A DNA stretch of 64,000 nucleotides from an uncultured Thermoprotei archaeon. GTDB taxonomy: Archaea > Thermoproteota > Thermoprotei > Thermofilales > B15-G2. A program made the position numbers and the translations under genes. Each line of letters starts with the position of its first letter. Position 1 is the stretch's first letter. The notes under the pieces are model-generated. The model searched no databases. It was not told the origin of the DNA and saw nothing but the letters and a program-made list of their open reading frames with translations. Shown here one piece after another: positions 20,259 through 30,787 of this stretch. Location of the stretch: positions 54,201 to 118,200 of the forward strand of contig CBDUKN010000006.1 in the NCBI GenBank assembly GCA_965367815.1, read 5' to 3'.

Positions 20259-20730
20259 AAATCTTGCTAGATACGACCTACTTTTTACCTGTAACAGGAA
20301 TTTCTGTAAAGAATTTTCCGGTAATATTGTTGTAGATTTAATAAACGAAAAGTGTACCATTTTGATGAGCGAAATTACTCTCCTTGAAATTTTAGCTAAG
20401 GGAGCTAAATATGTTGCATCGAGTCTTCTTAGAGCTGAAAGAGTAATTAAAGGTATAAGGTCTCTTTTATATGATGATAGAGTTCATAAGATCCCTATAC
20501 ACGATACTTATGTGCTACTGACTGCTTTAGAACTAAGAAAACTGCTGAACGACTTCATAGACTGTCTTATTCTTTCAGCAACCATAAATTATGCTAATAT
20601 TCTATTGACAGGAGACGAAGATATTCACAGGCTACTAGGTAATGAAAAATTCTTGGAAATAGTTCAAGAAATAAACCCAGAGTTTAAAATAATGTGTTAT
20701 AGTGAACTCGAAAAGATTTTAAGTGAATAG
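20255..20730 (+). pseudogene. vapC: VapC PIN toxin, frameshifted
   Basis: ATG 20255 gives MKILLDTTYFLP in one frame; SEITLLE..DFIDCLI..LLTGDED is in another. Confidence 0.8.
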
Positions 20731-20817
20731 ACTTTTAAGATGCTGTTAATGCTTGTTTCTGCTTCAATAGTAATACTTCTGCATTATATTGAATACATAT
20801 AAGTAGCTTGTAGTACA

Positions 20818-21108
20818 GTGTTATATGTGTTGTCAAAAGAACCTATTGATTTAAGTAAAGTGAGTAAAGAAGACGTTGATAAAGAAATTTTGCGGCTAGG
20901 TATTATTGCTGAATTAGACGCTATTAGTCTTTATGAGCAGCTAGCAGCTATGACGAGTAATGAGAAAATAAAGAAAGTTCTCCTTGATATTGCTAAAGAA
21001 GAAAAAACTCATGTAGGGGAGTTCTTAGCCTTACTACTTAAACTTGATGAAGAACAAGCTAGAGAGCTCGAGGAGGGGCGCAAGGAAGTAGAAGAAATTA
21101 CCGGATAA
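20818..21108 (+). CDS. Ferritin-like protein (encapsulated-ferritin/Flp type)
   Basis: IIAELDAISLYEQ and EEKTHVGEF di-iron motifs. Confidence 0.88.
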   Translation: MLYVLSKEPIDLSKVSKEDVDKEILRLGIIAELDAISLYEQLAAMTSNEKIKKVLLDIAKEEKTHVGEFLALLLKLDEEQARELEEGRKEVEEITG

Positions 21109-21109
21109 A

Positions 21110-21159
21110 TCAGCAACGGGGCATTTCATCATAGCTCAAGCGTCTCTACCTCTCATCAT
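21110..21159 (-). ncRNA. Box C/D guide sRNA
   Basis: Minus strand: ATGATGA-gaggtagagacgc-TTGA-gct-ATGATGA-aatgccccgttg-CTGA; intergenic with canonical spacing. Confidence 0.8.
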
Positions 21160-21392
21160 AGCATAATAGTAGTAATAATACCTAGGTTTATTTTTATTGA
21201 CTTTATTACTAGTGCCGTCAAATTTAATCATCTCTTTGTGCTATGATTTAAGTCTTTCTAGCTTATTTGCTCTCAAGCATAGAGCGTGGAGTCTCTAGTC
21301 AAAAACTTCACTTGATAGCACTCTCTACGTAGAGTCTCTACTCAAGAAAGATTTATTATTTTGAATTTTGTGTTTTTATTGGGGCTTGGTAT

Positions 21393-21803
21393 TTGAGTGA
21401 GGAGGTTTTGTCTGTTGTTTTAGCTGAAGTTTCTAAGGTTATTTTAAATAAGGTTAAGAAGGGTAAGAAGCTTACTGCTGAGGAAATACTCCTACTATAC
21501 TTGGATTTAATGTATAGAGAAATAGGTGATCTCAGAAGCGAAATAAGAGAACTAAATAATGAAGTAAACAATCTACGTAGCGAAGTAAACAAGAGATTTA
21601 TTGAAGTAAACAGTAGATTTGATGGGGTTAATAAAAGAATAGATAATAACTATTTAGAGATTTCGAAGAAAATTGATGATATTAATAAGAGAATAGATTT
21701 AATTCACTTAGAGTTATCTAAGAAAATCGACGATATAAATAGAAGAATAGATGAAACAAACAAAAGAATAGATAAAGTATACGAGCTTTTAATCAAGAAA
21801 TAA
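21393..21803 (+). CDS. paREP15-like coiled-coil repeat protein
   Basis: KKLTAEEILLLYLD followed by 7/11-residue NKRID repeats. Confidence 0.7.
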   Translation: MSEEVLSVVLAEVSKVILNKVKKGKKLTAEEILLLYLDLMYREIGDLRSEIRELNNEVNNLRSEVNKRFIEVNSRFDGVNKRIDNNYLEISKKIDDINKRIDLIHLELSKKIDDINRRIDETNKRIDKVYELLIKK

Positions 21804-22226
21804 CATATAGCAGTAAATTAATTAAATTCACAAATATTCAAGAGGACAAAGAAAAGAAAAGTTAAGCTGAGTGCTTCTTTTAACTTATAAATTTATGAAG
21901 AATTAAAATAATCTGGTTTTAATAGCATAGTCTGCTATTTTCTCAGGAATTGGATCTTTATTATAAGTAGTTATATCAAGTAACTTGTTCTTACTTAAAT
22001 AGTTTTAATTCATATATATTCTCTCAGTAAAGCAATATTGCTTCTACTAGTACTTCGTATAGCTTAACTGAGACTTATTTCCTTAAAAGTTCTTCTTTCT
22101 ACTCTGCTTTAGTTTAGCGTAGCGTTCTGTATCTTTACTTATTTGACTCGTATTTTCACAAGCGATTTTCTATATGTTAGAATAATTATTTTAATAAAAC
22201 TAGACAATTACTAGAAGTGTGAAAAC

Positions 22227-23036
22227 ATGATTAAGGTGCTATATGCCGGAGACGCGGGTGTCGTTATCGGTCCTATAATATTCGAGTCGCCGTTTATTAT
22301 CGAGATAAAGGACGTGTACGTTCGAGACTGGAGCCACTACCTTATAAATGCTGTCAAAGAGACTGACCCAGAAATATCCTTTGACTATATTCACTCAATA
22401 GATGCCTACAGACGTTTTCCAAGAAAATATGAGGACTTAAAGAAATACGACGTAATAATTCTAAGTGATGTGTCTAGTGAGGTATTAGCCTTCTACCCCG
22501 AATTCTTCCCTATAGAAGAGCTTAGAGAAGTCGAGTTACTTGAGAAACATAAGTACGTGGGAATGCCTAATAGGCTAAAACTAATTAAAAGATTCACTGA
22601 AGAAGGAGGCGGCCTCTTGATGGGCGGTGGCTGGTATTCTTTCTCAGGGCGATTCGGGCAAGGAGCATGGTACGATACTCCTGTAGCCGAAGTTCTTCCA
22701 GTGAAAATAAGTAAACTTGATGACCGCGTTGAAGCCCCAGATGGAGCCTTCGTAAAAGTCATCGATAAAGATCATCCAGTTACTAGAGGCCTGCCGTGGG
22801 AGACTTGTCCACCGTTCTTAGGCTACAATAAAGTCGAGCCAAAAGAAAACGCCAAAGTATTAGCAGTTATAGGGGATGACGAAGACCCGTTCATAGTTGT
22901 TGGAGAATACGGTAAGGGAAGAGTTATGGCGTTTACTTCAGATCCAGTACTGCACTGGGGCATAAACTTCATTAAATGGAAATACTACGGCAAATTCTGG
23001 GCTCAAACACTAAGATGGTTAGCTAAAAAAGACTAG
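22227..23036 (+). CDS. Glutamine amidotransferase-like (GATase1/DUF1355) protein
   Basis: YDVIILSD, GGGLLMGGGWYSF, AEVLPV, GKGRVMAFTSD. Confidence 0.85.
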   Translation: MIKVLYAGDAGVVIGPIIFESPFIIEIKDVYVRDWSHYLINAVKETDPEISFDYIHSIDAYRRFPRKYEDLKKYDVIILSDVSSEVLAFYPEFFPIEELREVELLEKHKYVGMPNRLKLIKRFTEEGGGLLMGGGWYSFSGRFGQGAWYDTPVAEVLPVKISKLDDRVEAPDGAFVKVIDKDHPVTRGLPWETCPPFLGYNKVEPKENAKVLAVIGDDEDPFIVVGEYGKGRVMAFTSDPVLHWGINFIKWKYYGKFWAQTLRWLAKKD

Positions 23037-23971
23037 CTTTCTTTAAACTTTCTCGAATATATTTTTGTTATGTAGAGATAATTGTACCCGTATTCTAGGC
23101 TAGACTCTATTTCAGTTCCTTCAAGCCACTCATTCCACGAAGTTATTAGTATCCAGTCTGCACCAGCTTTAAAAGAGGTCTTCCGGCAGTCAATATAGTA
23201 TCTGCCGCCTTCACGCGGTATAAAGATTCCTGGCTGTCTAATTCTCCTATCATCATATCCTGGGCAGACAGTAGCAGCGAATAGTTTGTTTTTCTCCTTT
23301 ATTTCCTTCGAAACTTCTAGGTAAATGTCTTCTAGTGGTATTCCTCGCTTAGAGTAGCGGACTGGAGTATAGATGTGGAGACCATCGAATACTTCCAAGT
23401 AGTTTAAGTCGAAAGTGTCTCCTAAGAGAAAGAATTCATGATTCTTTTCAAGCTTCTCTCTAATGTACTTCCACTCTTTAACTGAATACTGGTCTGCAAT
23501 ATATATTACGAGTAACGGCTTGCCGTCGACTTTTATCCAAGATTCTTTCGAGGCATATTCCTCTAAAAGTCTTTTAAGATCACTATAAATTCTTTCAATA
23601 GCAGCCTCTCTTTTCTCATCTCTTAGCTTTAAGGTCATAGCTGTCTCATAGTATATCGTGATGAAGTTTTTTGGAGCAAGATTGAGAAGTTTCTATAGAG
23701 CTTTATGTGAATAGTGTTCAAATCCCCACCACGATAATATAAAGCCATCTATTTCAGCAAACTCTGCTTGTCGAAGATGTCTTCTTAGAGTATATTCGTC
23801 GCAGCTATCATACACTCCATCCAAGGGATACTCTGCTGTAGCAATTTGTCGCCTGCCCCATACAACTATATCAGGGTTGTAGCCAACAGCATTCCAGCCA
23901 AGCCACTTACTAGCGGGACCCCAGGGAGTGCCGTACCAAGCATAGTAAAAAGTCAAGACTTTCTTTTCCAT
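23033..23971 (-). pseudogene. GH99-like endo-alpha-mannosidase family glycoside hydrolase with in-frame TAG
   Basis: FYYAWYG, YPLDGVYDS, IDGFILSWWG, PGYDD, ITSWNEWLEGTEIE; the two ORFs are in frame across TAG 23693-23695. Confidence 0.82.
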
Positions 23972-24112
23972 TTTAACACCAATTAAGAGGCCGGCGAGTT
24001 TATATAAGTTTAACAAAGAAATGTGTTTTATGGCCTTGTTTAACAAAGATACATGTTCTGCTAACACCTATATTTCCTAATACTATTTCAGCTTAGCTTA
24101 CTTAATGTAAGC

Positions 24113-25135
24113 TCAGAGAGTAGCTATGTTTTTAGCCTTTCCTTGTTTCCACTGGTATAGTTTAATTTCTCCATTTGATATTTTGATAAATGTGTTGCAG
24201 AGTGCTTCTTTTTCACGTATCCAGCTTCCAGTGTTTGCAATTAGTAGGTTGTTCCACTTTATTACTCCTGGTACGTGAGTGTGTCCAAAAATTATTCCGT
24301 CTAAAGGATTTATTATACTTTTATAGAATTCTATATATTTTACGAAAGATTTTTTCTTAATTAGCTGACCTAATGTCTTTCCACGAGTTCTTCCTTTAAG
24401 TACACTTGCTGATAGCGGTTTTATTAGAAGGTACCAGAACTTGCTTTGTAGTGTTCTCCATACTAGTATTATGAGGGGTAGAATTAGCACTGCTGAAGCA
24501 TAGTAGAATATTAGGTCCAGTGGATGCGGTAACGGCGGCGTGACATACACTAATGTCACTGTAGATAAGGCGGATAGTATAGCTATACCCCATTCTAGCG
24601 GACCTGGTAGTGCTAAGAGTGCTTCCGAAAGGGTATAGATGTAGGACTGTATTTTCCATAATCCTTTAGTTGCAAGAAATAGTCTGTCAAATTGGTGTCC
24701 ATGAATTAAGAGGAATGTTTTTCCACCTGACTTGAGTAAGAAAAAGTCTGGTACTACGTAGATGTCTCCTTTACTACTTCTCAGAGCTATCTTAGCTACA
24801 ATTCTGTCATGGTTTCCTGCTGCATAGACTATCGTAGCGTCTAGCTTCATCAGCTCTCGTATAAATTCATAAGAAGAATTCATTAAGTCTGAAGCATCTG
24901 CTTGCCAGAAATCGAAAATGTCTCCTAGGAGTACTACTAGCTTTATTTGCTTGCCTTTTTCTCTAATGTATTCGGCTAGTTTTGCGAGCTGCCTATAACT
25001 TGTCGCATAATTACCTTTTATTCTGAGCCCGAAGTGCGTGTCAGAAATAATTATTGCTTCTTCTCCCTCTTCGAGAACTATTTTAAGCACAGTTTTTCCG
25101 TTTAGCTCTGCTGACTCCACTTTCAATGTGATCAC
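24113..25135 (-). CDS. Calcineurin-like metallophosphoesterase (LpxH-like) with internal TM hairpin
   Basis: SDTHFG, LGDIFD, GNHD, HGH, GHTH. Confidence 0.88.
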   Translation of the reverse strand: MITLKVESAELNGKTVLKIVLEEGEEAIIISDTHFGLRIKGNYATSYRQLAKLAEYIREKGKQIKLVVLLGDIFDFWQADASDLMNSSYEFIRELMKLDATIVYAAGNHDRIVAKIALRSSKGDIYVVPDFFLLKSGGKTFLLIHGHQFDRLFLATKGLWKIQSYIYTLSEALLALPGPLEWGIAILSALSTVTLVYVTPPLPHPLDLIFYYASAVLILPLIILVWRTLQSKFWYLLIKPLSASVLKGRTRGKTLGQLIKKKSFVKYIEFYKSIINPLDGIIFGHTHVPGVIKWNNLLIANTGSWIREKEALCNTFIKISNGEIKLYQWKQGKAKNIATL

Positions 25136-25206
25136 CGTTCAGCGTTCGAAAAACAGTACCTCCCTGTATATTTAACTAGCTTTCAAACACTTAAGCTGTT
25201 TGCTTA

Positions 25207-26361
25207 CTAGTTGCTTCTGCTAATAAACTTGAGCAACAGTATTAGCGCCGTGTAGAAAACTAGGATTAGCGCTAAAACTACAAAAGCTGCTTCGTGGCAA
25301 TATATTTGCGCAACGTATCCCCCCAGAAGAGGCCCTGTCATCCGGCCTAGTTCTTGAGCAAGCCCTATTGCTCCAAATGCTTTGCCATAGTCTTCTTTAC
25401 TGATAATCTTGGAGATGTAGGCGTTTCTCGGAGGAGCCGCGACAAATACTTCGTGCATCGATAAAGCTATGGTCAGTGCCAGAGGATCTTTTACGCAGGA
25501 AAGAGCCAATAGAGCAGCTATTCTAGATAATCCTACAAGCGCTAGTAGATTTAGGTCTCCGAGCCTATCAGCTAAAGTGCCTGAATATATTCTCGAAAGA
25601 GAAGCAGTAATGTTTCTCGCTAAAAGCATTAAGCCTAAAACCGTATAGCTATACCCCAGCTTTTCTACAACCCAGTGTGAGAAGATAGGGACTAGTGCTG
25701 CTAGGGAAGCGAAGAGAAAATACGTTGAAATCATTAAGATAATGAATTCTTTTTGCCAAATAGGCTTCCCTGCTATGGTTTCTTCTTTAGCTGTTTTCTG
25801 CTTCTCTATGTTTACTTTACATAAGAGAAGAAAACTTGCTAGCGATAGGAGAACCCCTGTTAAGAAAACTGCTTTAACTCCATAGTTATCTGCAATAAAG
25901 CCTGTGAGCACAGGCGCTACTACTACAGGTGCACTCCTAATAGTGAGTATTACTCCGAAAAGAGTTGCTGTAAAAGCTGTATCTGCAACAATAGTAGCTG
26001 TAGCCGACATGAATGCCGGTAGCTCAAATCCCATCGCTAAAGCTGAGAGCAATAGACCTAAAGCTACGTGAGAAATATTGCTTGATAGGAAGAGTATGAG
26101 GAAAGCTAGAGCGTAAAGCACTCTACTTAGAAGAAAAACAGGTTTATCGCCTAGGCGGTCTCTTATAAGGCCGCTAGCTATTTTCGACAAGGCTCGTGCT
26201 ACTGATATAGCTGAGTAAATAGCTCCTATAAGGAATATATTGCCTCCAAGGCTAGCTATGTAAGGCGGAATAACTATGTAGAGCCCTATTAATCCGACAA
26301 GAGCTAGCGACAAAGAGATACCTACTAGCTTTAAGAGCTCTTTCTTTAACTCACTTCGCAT
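25207..26361 (-). CDS. MFS transporter
   Basis: About 12 TM; GLIRDRLG and GTLADRLG loop motifs. Confidence 0.88.
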   Translation of the reverse strand: MRSELKKELLKLVGISLSLALVGLIGLYIVIPPYIASLGGNIFLIGAIYSAISVARALSKIASGLIRDRLGDKPVFLLSRVLYALAFLILFLSSNISHVALGLLLSALAMGFELPAFMSATATIVADTAFTATLFGVILTIRSAPVVVAPVLTGFIADNYGVKAVFLTGVLLSLASFLLLCKVNIEKQKTAKEETIAGKPIWQKEFIILMISTYFLFASLAALVPIFSHWVVEKLGYSYTVLGLMLLARNITASLSRIYSGTLADRLGDLNLLALVGLSRIAALLALSCVKDPLALTIALSMHEVFVAAPPRNAYISKIISKEDYGKAFGAIGLAQELGRMTGPLLGGYVAQIYCHEAAFVVLALILVFYTALILLLKFISRSN

Positions 26362-26544
26362 TACTCTGCTTTCTACTATACTTCAAAATAAATTAATTTC
26401 TATAGACATTTTTTCAGCAAAAATTAGGAAATATTAAGTAGCTTTACGAGTTACCGAATTACTATAGAAATAAGGAAAATAAATGAACATTAGTGGATCT
26501 ATTCTTAAACGCTTCCTCTAAATCCCGTGTAATTAGTTTCTATG

Positions 26545-27591
26545 CTATTTTCTAAGCACTACGGGTATTTCGCCAAAGTATTCGGCTACAGTCATCACTC
26601 TTACTCCTTCTTTTTCTGCTAGCTCGTATACTTCACGTATTCTTTCAACATACTTTGGTTCTCTCGGTAAATGATGGTCTAGAAAAATAAGTTCTGGAGC
26701 CGCGTCAGTAATTATTCTCTTTATGTTCTCGATAGCTCTCCTCAAGTTTGTTTGATTTAACATATATCCGAGAGTATATGTAGCCGGACCATCTAGCAGT
26801 AAAATGTTTGGTTTTTCGCGTATAATCCAGTCGGCGTAGTCCTCTATTATAGGCCCATTGATATCAGATGAGAAAAGAAGTTTTTTGCCACTGTAGTCTA
26901 CTACAACTCCTATTACCCATCCTACTCTGCTGTACTCTATTCCGTGGAAAAGAGGCTTAGTGAATCTAATGACAGTGCTCCCGTAACTGAATTCTCTGCC
27001 GTCAGCGAAAAAGAGCTTGAATACTTCGCCTTCATGTTCAGGTACACGCTTATAGGACTTCCACTTTTTTACACGGCCTTTGAACCACTCGAAGCCTTTC
27101 TCTAAAAGCTCCTTTTTCCTACGGCTATAGTCGCCGTAGTCTATGCTAGTTGCGTGAGGCAGGTCTTCGAGCGGATGAGGATACTCTTTTTCAACAGGCT
27201 CTTCCATCACTTCATCGAGCGAAATTTCTTCTAGCCCAAAAAGCTTAGAGTAAAATCTCAGTGCTCTTCCTCTTTGAGAATCATTAATGTACTCGTTGGG
27301 TGATTTAGCTAAAATAGTCTTGTTTCTGTAAAGTACTTCGTCAAAGTCTGTGAAGTGGTCATAGTGGTAGTGTGTTATTACTACTACTTGAGCTTTCTTT
27401 GATGCCTCGACTACTTTCTCGTAGCCTACTTCAACCCACTGTTCTTTAAGGTCAGGTGGAGCAGGAAAAGACCCGTGCATAATGGCTACTCCAGGGTCTA
27501 TTAGAATAGTTACGTCAGGAGTCTCGACGAGCGTTGAGAAAGATTTTGCTCCAAGTGAATCAGCCCAGACGGGTTTGAATTTAAGGCTCAT
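26545..27591 (-). CDS. Metallo-beta-lactamase-fold hydrolase (UPF0282-like)
   Basis: WADSLGAKS, IDPG, THYHYDH, FSSDINGP, DHHL. Confidence 0.85.
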   Translation of the reverse strand: MSLKFKPVWADSLGAKSFSTLVETPDVTILIDPGVAIMHGSFPAPPDLKEQWVEVGYEKVVEASKKAQVVVITHYHYDHFTDFDEVLYRNKTILAKSPNEYINDSQRGRALRFYSKLFGLEEISLDEVMEEPVEKEYPHPLEDLPHATSIDYGDYSRRKKELLEKGFEWFKGRVKKWKSYKRVPEHEGEVFKLFFADGREFSYGSTVIRFTKPLFHGIEYSRVGWVIGVVVDYSGKKLLFSSDINGPIIEDYADWIIREKPNILLLDGPATYTLGYMLNQTNLRRAIENIKRIITDAAPELIFLDHHLPREPKYVERIREVYELAEKEGVRVMTVAEYFGEIPVVLRK

Positions 27592-27664
27592 TTCTTTGAT
27601 TATGTGTAATCAGTGACTAAAAATTTTAGCTAGCTTTCGCAAATATAATACCGGGTTAAATTAA

Positions 27665-28006
27665 ATGTCTCTCTTTGAAAAAGTACTAGAAGAGGAGCTA
27701 TTGAAAAGAGAAAGACTTAGGCAAGAAACTTTATTTAAAACAAAGAAAGTTTTAAGAAAGCTAAGAGAAAAAGTATTTTTTGAAAAAGCTTATATTTTTG
27801 GCTCTTTAGTCCGTCCAGGAGAATATAGCATACAATCTGATATAGATATTGCCTTCGAGAAACTAGAGCCAAACAAGCTTTTCTACACAGTAGCTTTTCT
27901 CAGCAGCGAGTTAGGTAGAGAAGTAGATGTAATTGAATTAGAGAAAGCTCCAAGTTTTTTCCGCAAAAAAGTACTAAAAGAGGGAATTTTATGGAAGCCC
28001 GATTAG
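27665..28006 (+). CDS. Minimal nucleotidyltransferase (MNT) antitoxin
   Basis: FGSLVR..SDIDIA..REVDVIEL. Confidence 0.88.
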   Translation: MSLFEKVLEEELLKRERLRQETLFKTKKVLRKLREKVFFEKAYIFGSLVRPGEYSIQSDIDIAFEKLEPNKLFYTVAFLSSELGREVDVIELEKAPSFFRKKVLKEGILWKPD

Positions 28007-28518
28007 CAGTTCTTTTTGCAGAAATAGATTATCAGTGGAATCAAATACTAAAGATATATAAAAGTATTGAAGAAAAATTAAAGAGACTTAAAGAAAATAA
28101 AGATAATGAAGATCTCAGAGATTCTCTCGCGTATAGACTTCACAATCTTTACTGCGCTTATGAAGACTTATTTAAAATAATAGCGAAGTTCTTCGAAAAC
28201 CGTATCGAGGACCCTGCTCGATATCACATAGAGCTTTTAAGGAGGATGCTTATTGAAATCAAAGGAATTAGACCAAGCCTTATTTCTGAAGAGAGTTATA
28301 CTTATTTAAATGAACTTAGAGGCTTTCGTCATGTATTTAGACACGCTTATGCAATAGAGCTTGATGTAGATAAAATTATTGCTCTTGCTGAAAAATCTCT
28401 TATATTAAAATCGTTATTTGAAGAAGATTTAAAAAGATTTAAAAGAAAGCTTTATGAAATGTTCTCTAAGAAAACTGACTGCTCTAAGCAATTTTATACT
28501 AGTGAACATTGCTATTAA
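27991..28518 (+). CDS. HEPN RNase toxin (HepT-like)
   Basis: LHNLY..E, YHIELL, ELRGFRHVFRHAY (Rx4H); overlaps the MNT gene. Confidence 0.88.
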   Translation: MEARLAVLFAEIDYQWNQILKIYKSIEEKLKRLKENKDNEDLRDSLAYRLHNLYCAYEDLFKIIAKFFENRIEDPARYHIELLRRMLIEIKGIRPSLISEESYTYLNELRGFRHVFRHAYAIELDVDKIIALAEKSLILKSLFEEDLKRFKRKLYEMFSKKTDCSKQFYTSEHCY

Positions 28519-29619
28519 AGTTAATAGAACTACTGCATAGGCTTGAATTAAGCAATAGGGTCCGATAGTATCATATATATGGCCTAGTATTAGTGGGCCT
28601 ACTACTGCTCCGAGGTTTCCTGTCAAGTTTACTAAACCTATCAAGAGTCCTCTACGAGCTGCCTTTACTTTACCCATAACAGCTCTAGTCAAAGGATACA
28701 TTGCTGAGAATGAGCCTAAAAGGATTCCTAGAGAAGCCGCTAAAATAACGTAGTCGTGGCTGTAAACGCCCGTCAGAGAAAGTATTCCTATGATAAAACC
28801 TATTAGCGACCCTATTATCCAGTCGGTTTTATCTGCAAGAAAACCTATCATTAGGCTCAATGTAAGGCTTATAAAAGTCACTATAGACATTGTGCTTGAA
28901 GCCAGTTCTTCGCTATACCTGGGAACATCTCTGAGGTAGAGTAAGACTAATGGACGTGTACTAACAATCAGTCCTGCTAGAAACATTGCCGTGAGAGCGA
29001 GCGCTACTTCAGTTACATGAATTTTCTCTGTTACATGCTTTTTCTCAACTATAGTAGTGTAGCGGCGGGCTAAAGGTGTAGCTGAAAAAGCCATGAGGAT
29101 TAAAATGGATGAAGCACATAGAAATGCTTCAAAGTAGTTGCCAGCATAGAAACTCGAGTAAGCAAGATAACTTAGTACAGAGCCTAGAGAGCCTAGCGCA
29201 AAGTAAATAGACATTATGCTTGATCTCCAACTAGACGGTGATAACTCTACTACGATAGTTTGAACACTTGGCCATAGTACGCCTGAGGCAATTCCATTTA
29301 GAAACGAGAATAATATTAGCTGAGTCCATGCATTGGATAAAGCATACCCTAGTGCCACAAAGGAATTTAAAGCGAATCCCATTACAGCGAACACTCCTCT
29401 ACGCTTAATCTTGTCACTAATGTAGCCGGAGACAACTGCTGCGAGTCCTCGAGTAATCATGAAAGCTGAAGTAAAGCTACCTATCACTAGTGCAGAAAAA
29501 CCAAGAGCTCTAGCCTTGAATGTGAGAGCGGTGTTTGACATTATTTGAGCAAAGTTTCCTAAAAGCGGAAAACATGCTACCGTCCACAGTAACAGCGGTA
29601 GCGATATTTTCTTAGACAC
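28429..29619 (-). CDS. MFS transporter
   Basis: GYISDKIKRR and GFLADK motifs; about 12 TM. Confidence 0.88.
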   Translation of the reverse strand: MSKKISLPLLLWTVACFPLLGNFAQIMSNTALTFKARALGFSALVIGSFTSAFMITRGLAAVVSGYISDKIKRRGVFAVMGFALNSFVALGYALSNAWTQLILFSFLNGIASGVLWPSVQTIVVELSPSSWRSSIMSIYFALGSLGSVLSYLAYSSFYAGNYFEAFLCASSILILMAFSATPLARRYTTIVEKKHVTEKIHVTEVALALTAMFLAGLIVSTRPLVLLYLRDVPRYSEELASSTMSIVTFISLTLSLMIGFLADKTDWIIGSLIGFIIGILSLTGVYSHDYVILAASLGILLGSFSAMYPLTRAVMGKVKAARRGLLIGLVNLTGNLGAVVGPLILGHIYDTIGPYCLIQAYAVVLLTLIAMFTSIKLLRAVSFLREHFIKLSFKSF

Positions 29620-29650
29620 TCAACTTAATATAAAGCAGTTTATTTAAGTC

Positions 29651-30775
29651 TTAGTAATTAGTCTGAGTCGGAGCCTTGTGCTCGTAGTAAGGACTATAAG
29701 CTACTTTTTTCGAAGGCTTGTAGGATATACCGTATATAACTATGATTAAGCCGACAATTATTACTGCAATAGATACTATTCTAAATATTTGAAGAAACAT
29801 GAGTTCAGATGGTTTTCTGCGAAATTCCTTTAGTTCCTTTAACACTACTTTTTTCCTATCTAATATACTGTTCCCCGATAATAGCTCTACTACTACAACT
29901 TCGCTGCTTTTTCTTCCTAATAAAGGTACTTCGACAAATATTTGTTCCCCAGCCTTAATGTAGACTTTAACTGTCTGCTCTAAGTCTTCAGCAAGAACCC
30001 TTAAGTAGAAATACCCAGAAGTACTTGAATTGTTTTCTATAGTTACTTCTATACCTGCAGGTACTTTAGATACATTAACTATTTTTCCATAGAGCTTAGG
30101 TCTTGAAGCAAATTTAATTCTGGGTAGTTTAACGTAAAAAATATAGTAGTCGGGTGCTTGTAACTCGTTGTAGTTTACCCAGAGTAAACTTGATTTTGTT
30201 TCTTTGAGAGGCCCGTGAGCCGATGCAGGTAGCCAAGTATAATTGACTAGAGTTGCTCCTTTGCTGAACTCAACTGAGAGGATGTCTATCCAGCTTCTTG
30301 GGTCTCTGTGCGTATAGCTATCTCTTATTGTTATTTCGTAAAGGTTTTCGTCTATTTTTCGAATAAACTCGCTTGTATTAAGGTATATTAGCACTTCGAT
30401 AATGTATGCTCCTTTCATTTTACTTAACTTACCGGTGTTTCCTACGTCGCATAGTACTATTGTATTATCGTTTTTACTGAATTCTATTAGAACTTTATAC
30501 TTTATTGTGTCTGGTGAGTTTGCGAACATCAAGAGTATTTCTTCAACTATCTGTCTTGATGAAGCTTTTAAGTTTTCTTCTATTCTTCTATCTCCGTAAA
30601 GGCTTTTTCCTTCAGAAGTAAATGGATGTAGCTTAGCTTTAACTATTGTAGTGCCGTCGCCCGATATGTTTACTTCAAAGTTGAGTGCAATCCAGTAGCG
30701 CTCTTCTTGAGATTTTACTTCTGCTAAGAGAGCTAATGTAAGTAGAATTACTATAAGGAGAACTATTTTTCTCAT
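29651..30775 (-). CDS. Secreted, C-terminally anchored surface protein
   Basis: Signal peptide, beta-rich body, C-terminal TM helix. Confidence 0.7.
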   Translation of the reverse strand: MRKIVLLIVILLTLALLAEVKSQEERYWIALNFEVNISGDGTTIVKAKLHPFTSEGKSLYGDRRIEENLKASSRQIVEEILLMFANSPDTIKYKVLIEFSKNDNTIVLCDVGNTGKLSKMKGAYIIEVLIYLNTSEFIRKIDENLYEITIRDSYTHRDPRSWIDILSVEFSKGATLVNYTWLPASAHGPLKETKSSLLWVNYNELQAPDYYIFYVKLPRIKFASRPKLYGKIVNVSKVPAGIEVTIENNSSTSGYFYLRVLAEDLEQTVKVYIKAGEQIFVEVPLLGRKSSEVVVVELLSGNSILDRKKVVLKELKEFRRKPSELMFLQIFRIVSIAVIIVGLIIVIYGISYKPSKKVAYSPYYEHKAPTQTNY

Positions 30776-30787
30776 AACTTACCCCCT

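Noticed and set aside
21530-21790. Repetitive DNA resembling a CRISPR or tandem array
   Set aside because: Explained by coding NKRID coiled-coil repeats; no constant repeat-spacer structure.
21810-22200. Possible decayed ORF on the minus strand
   Set aside because: Multiple stops and no recognisable family.
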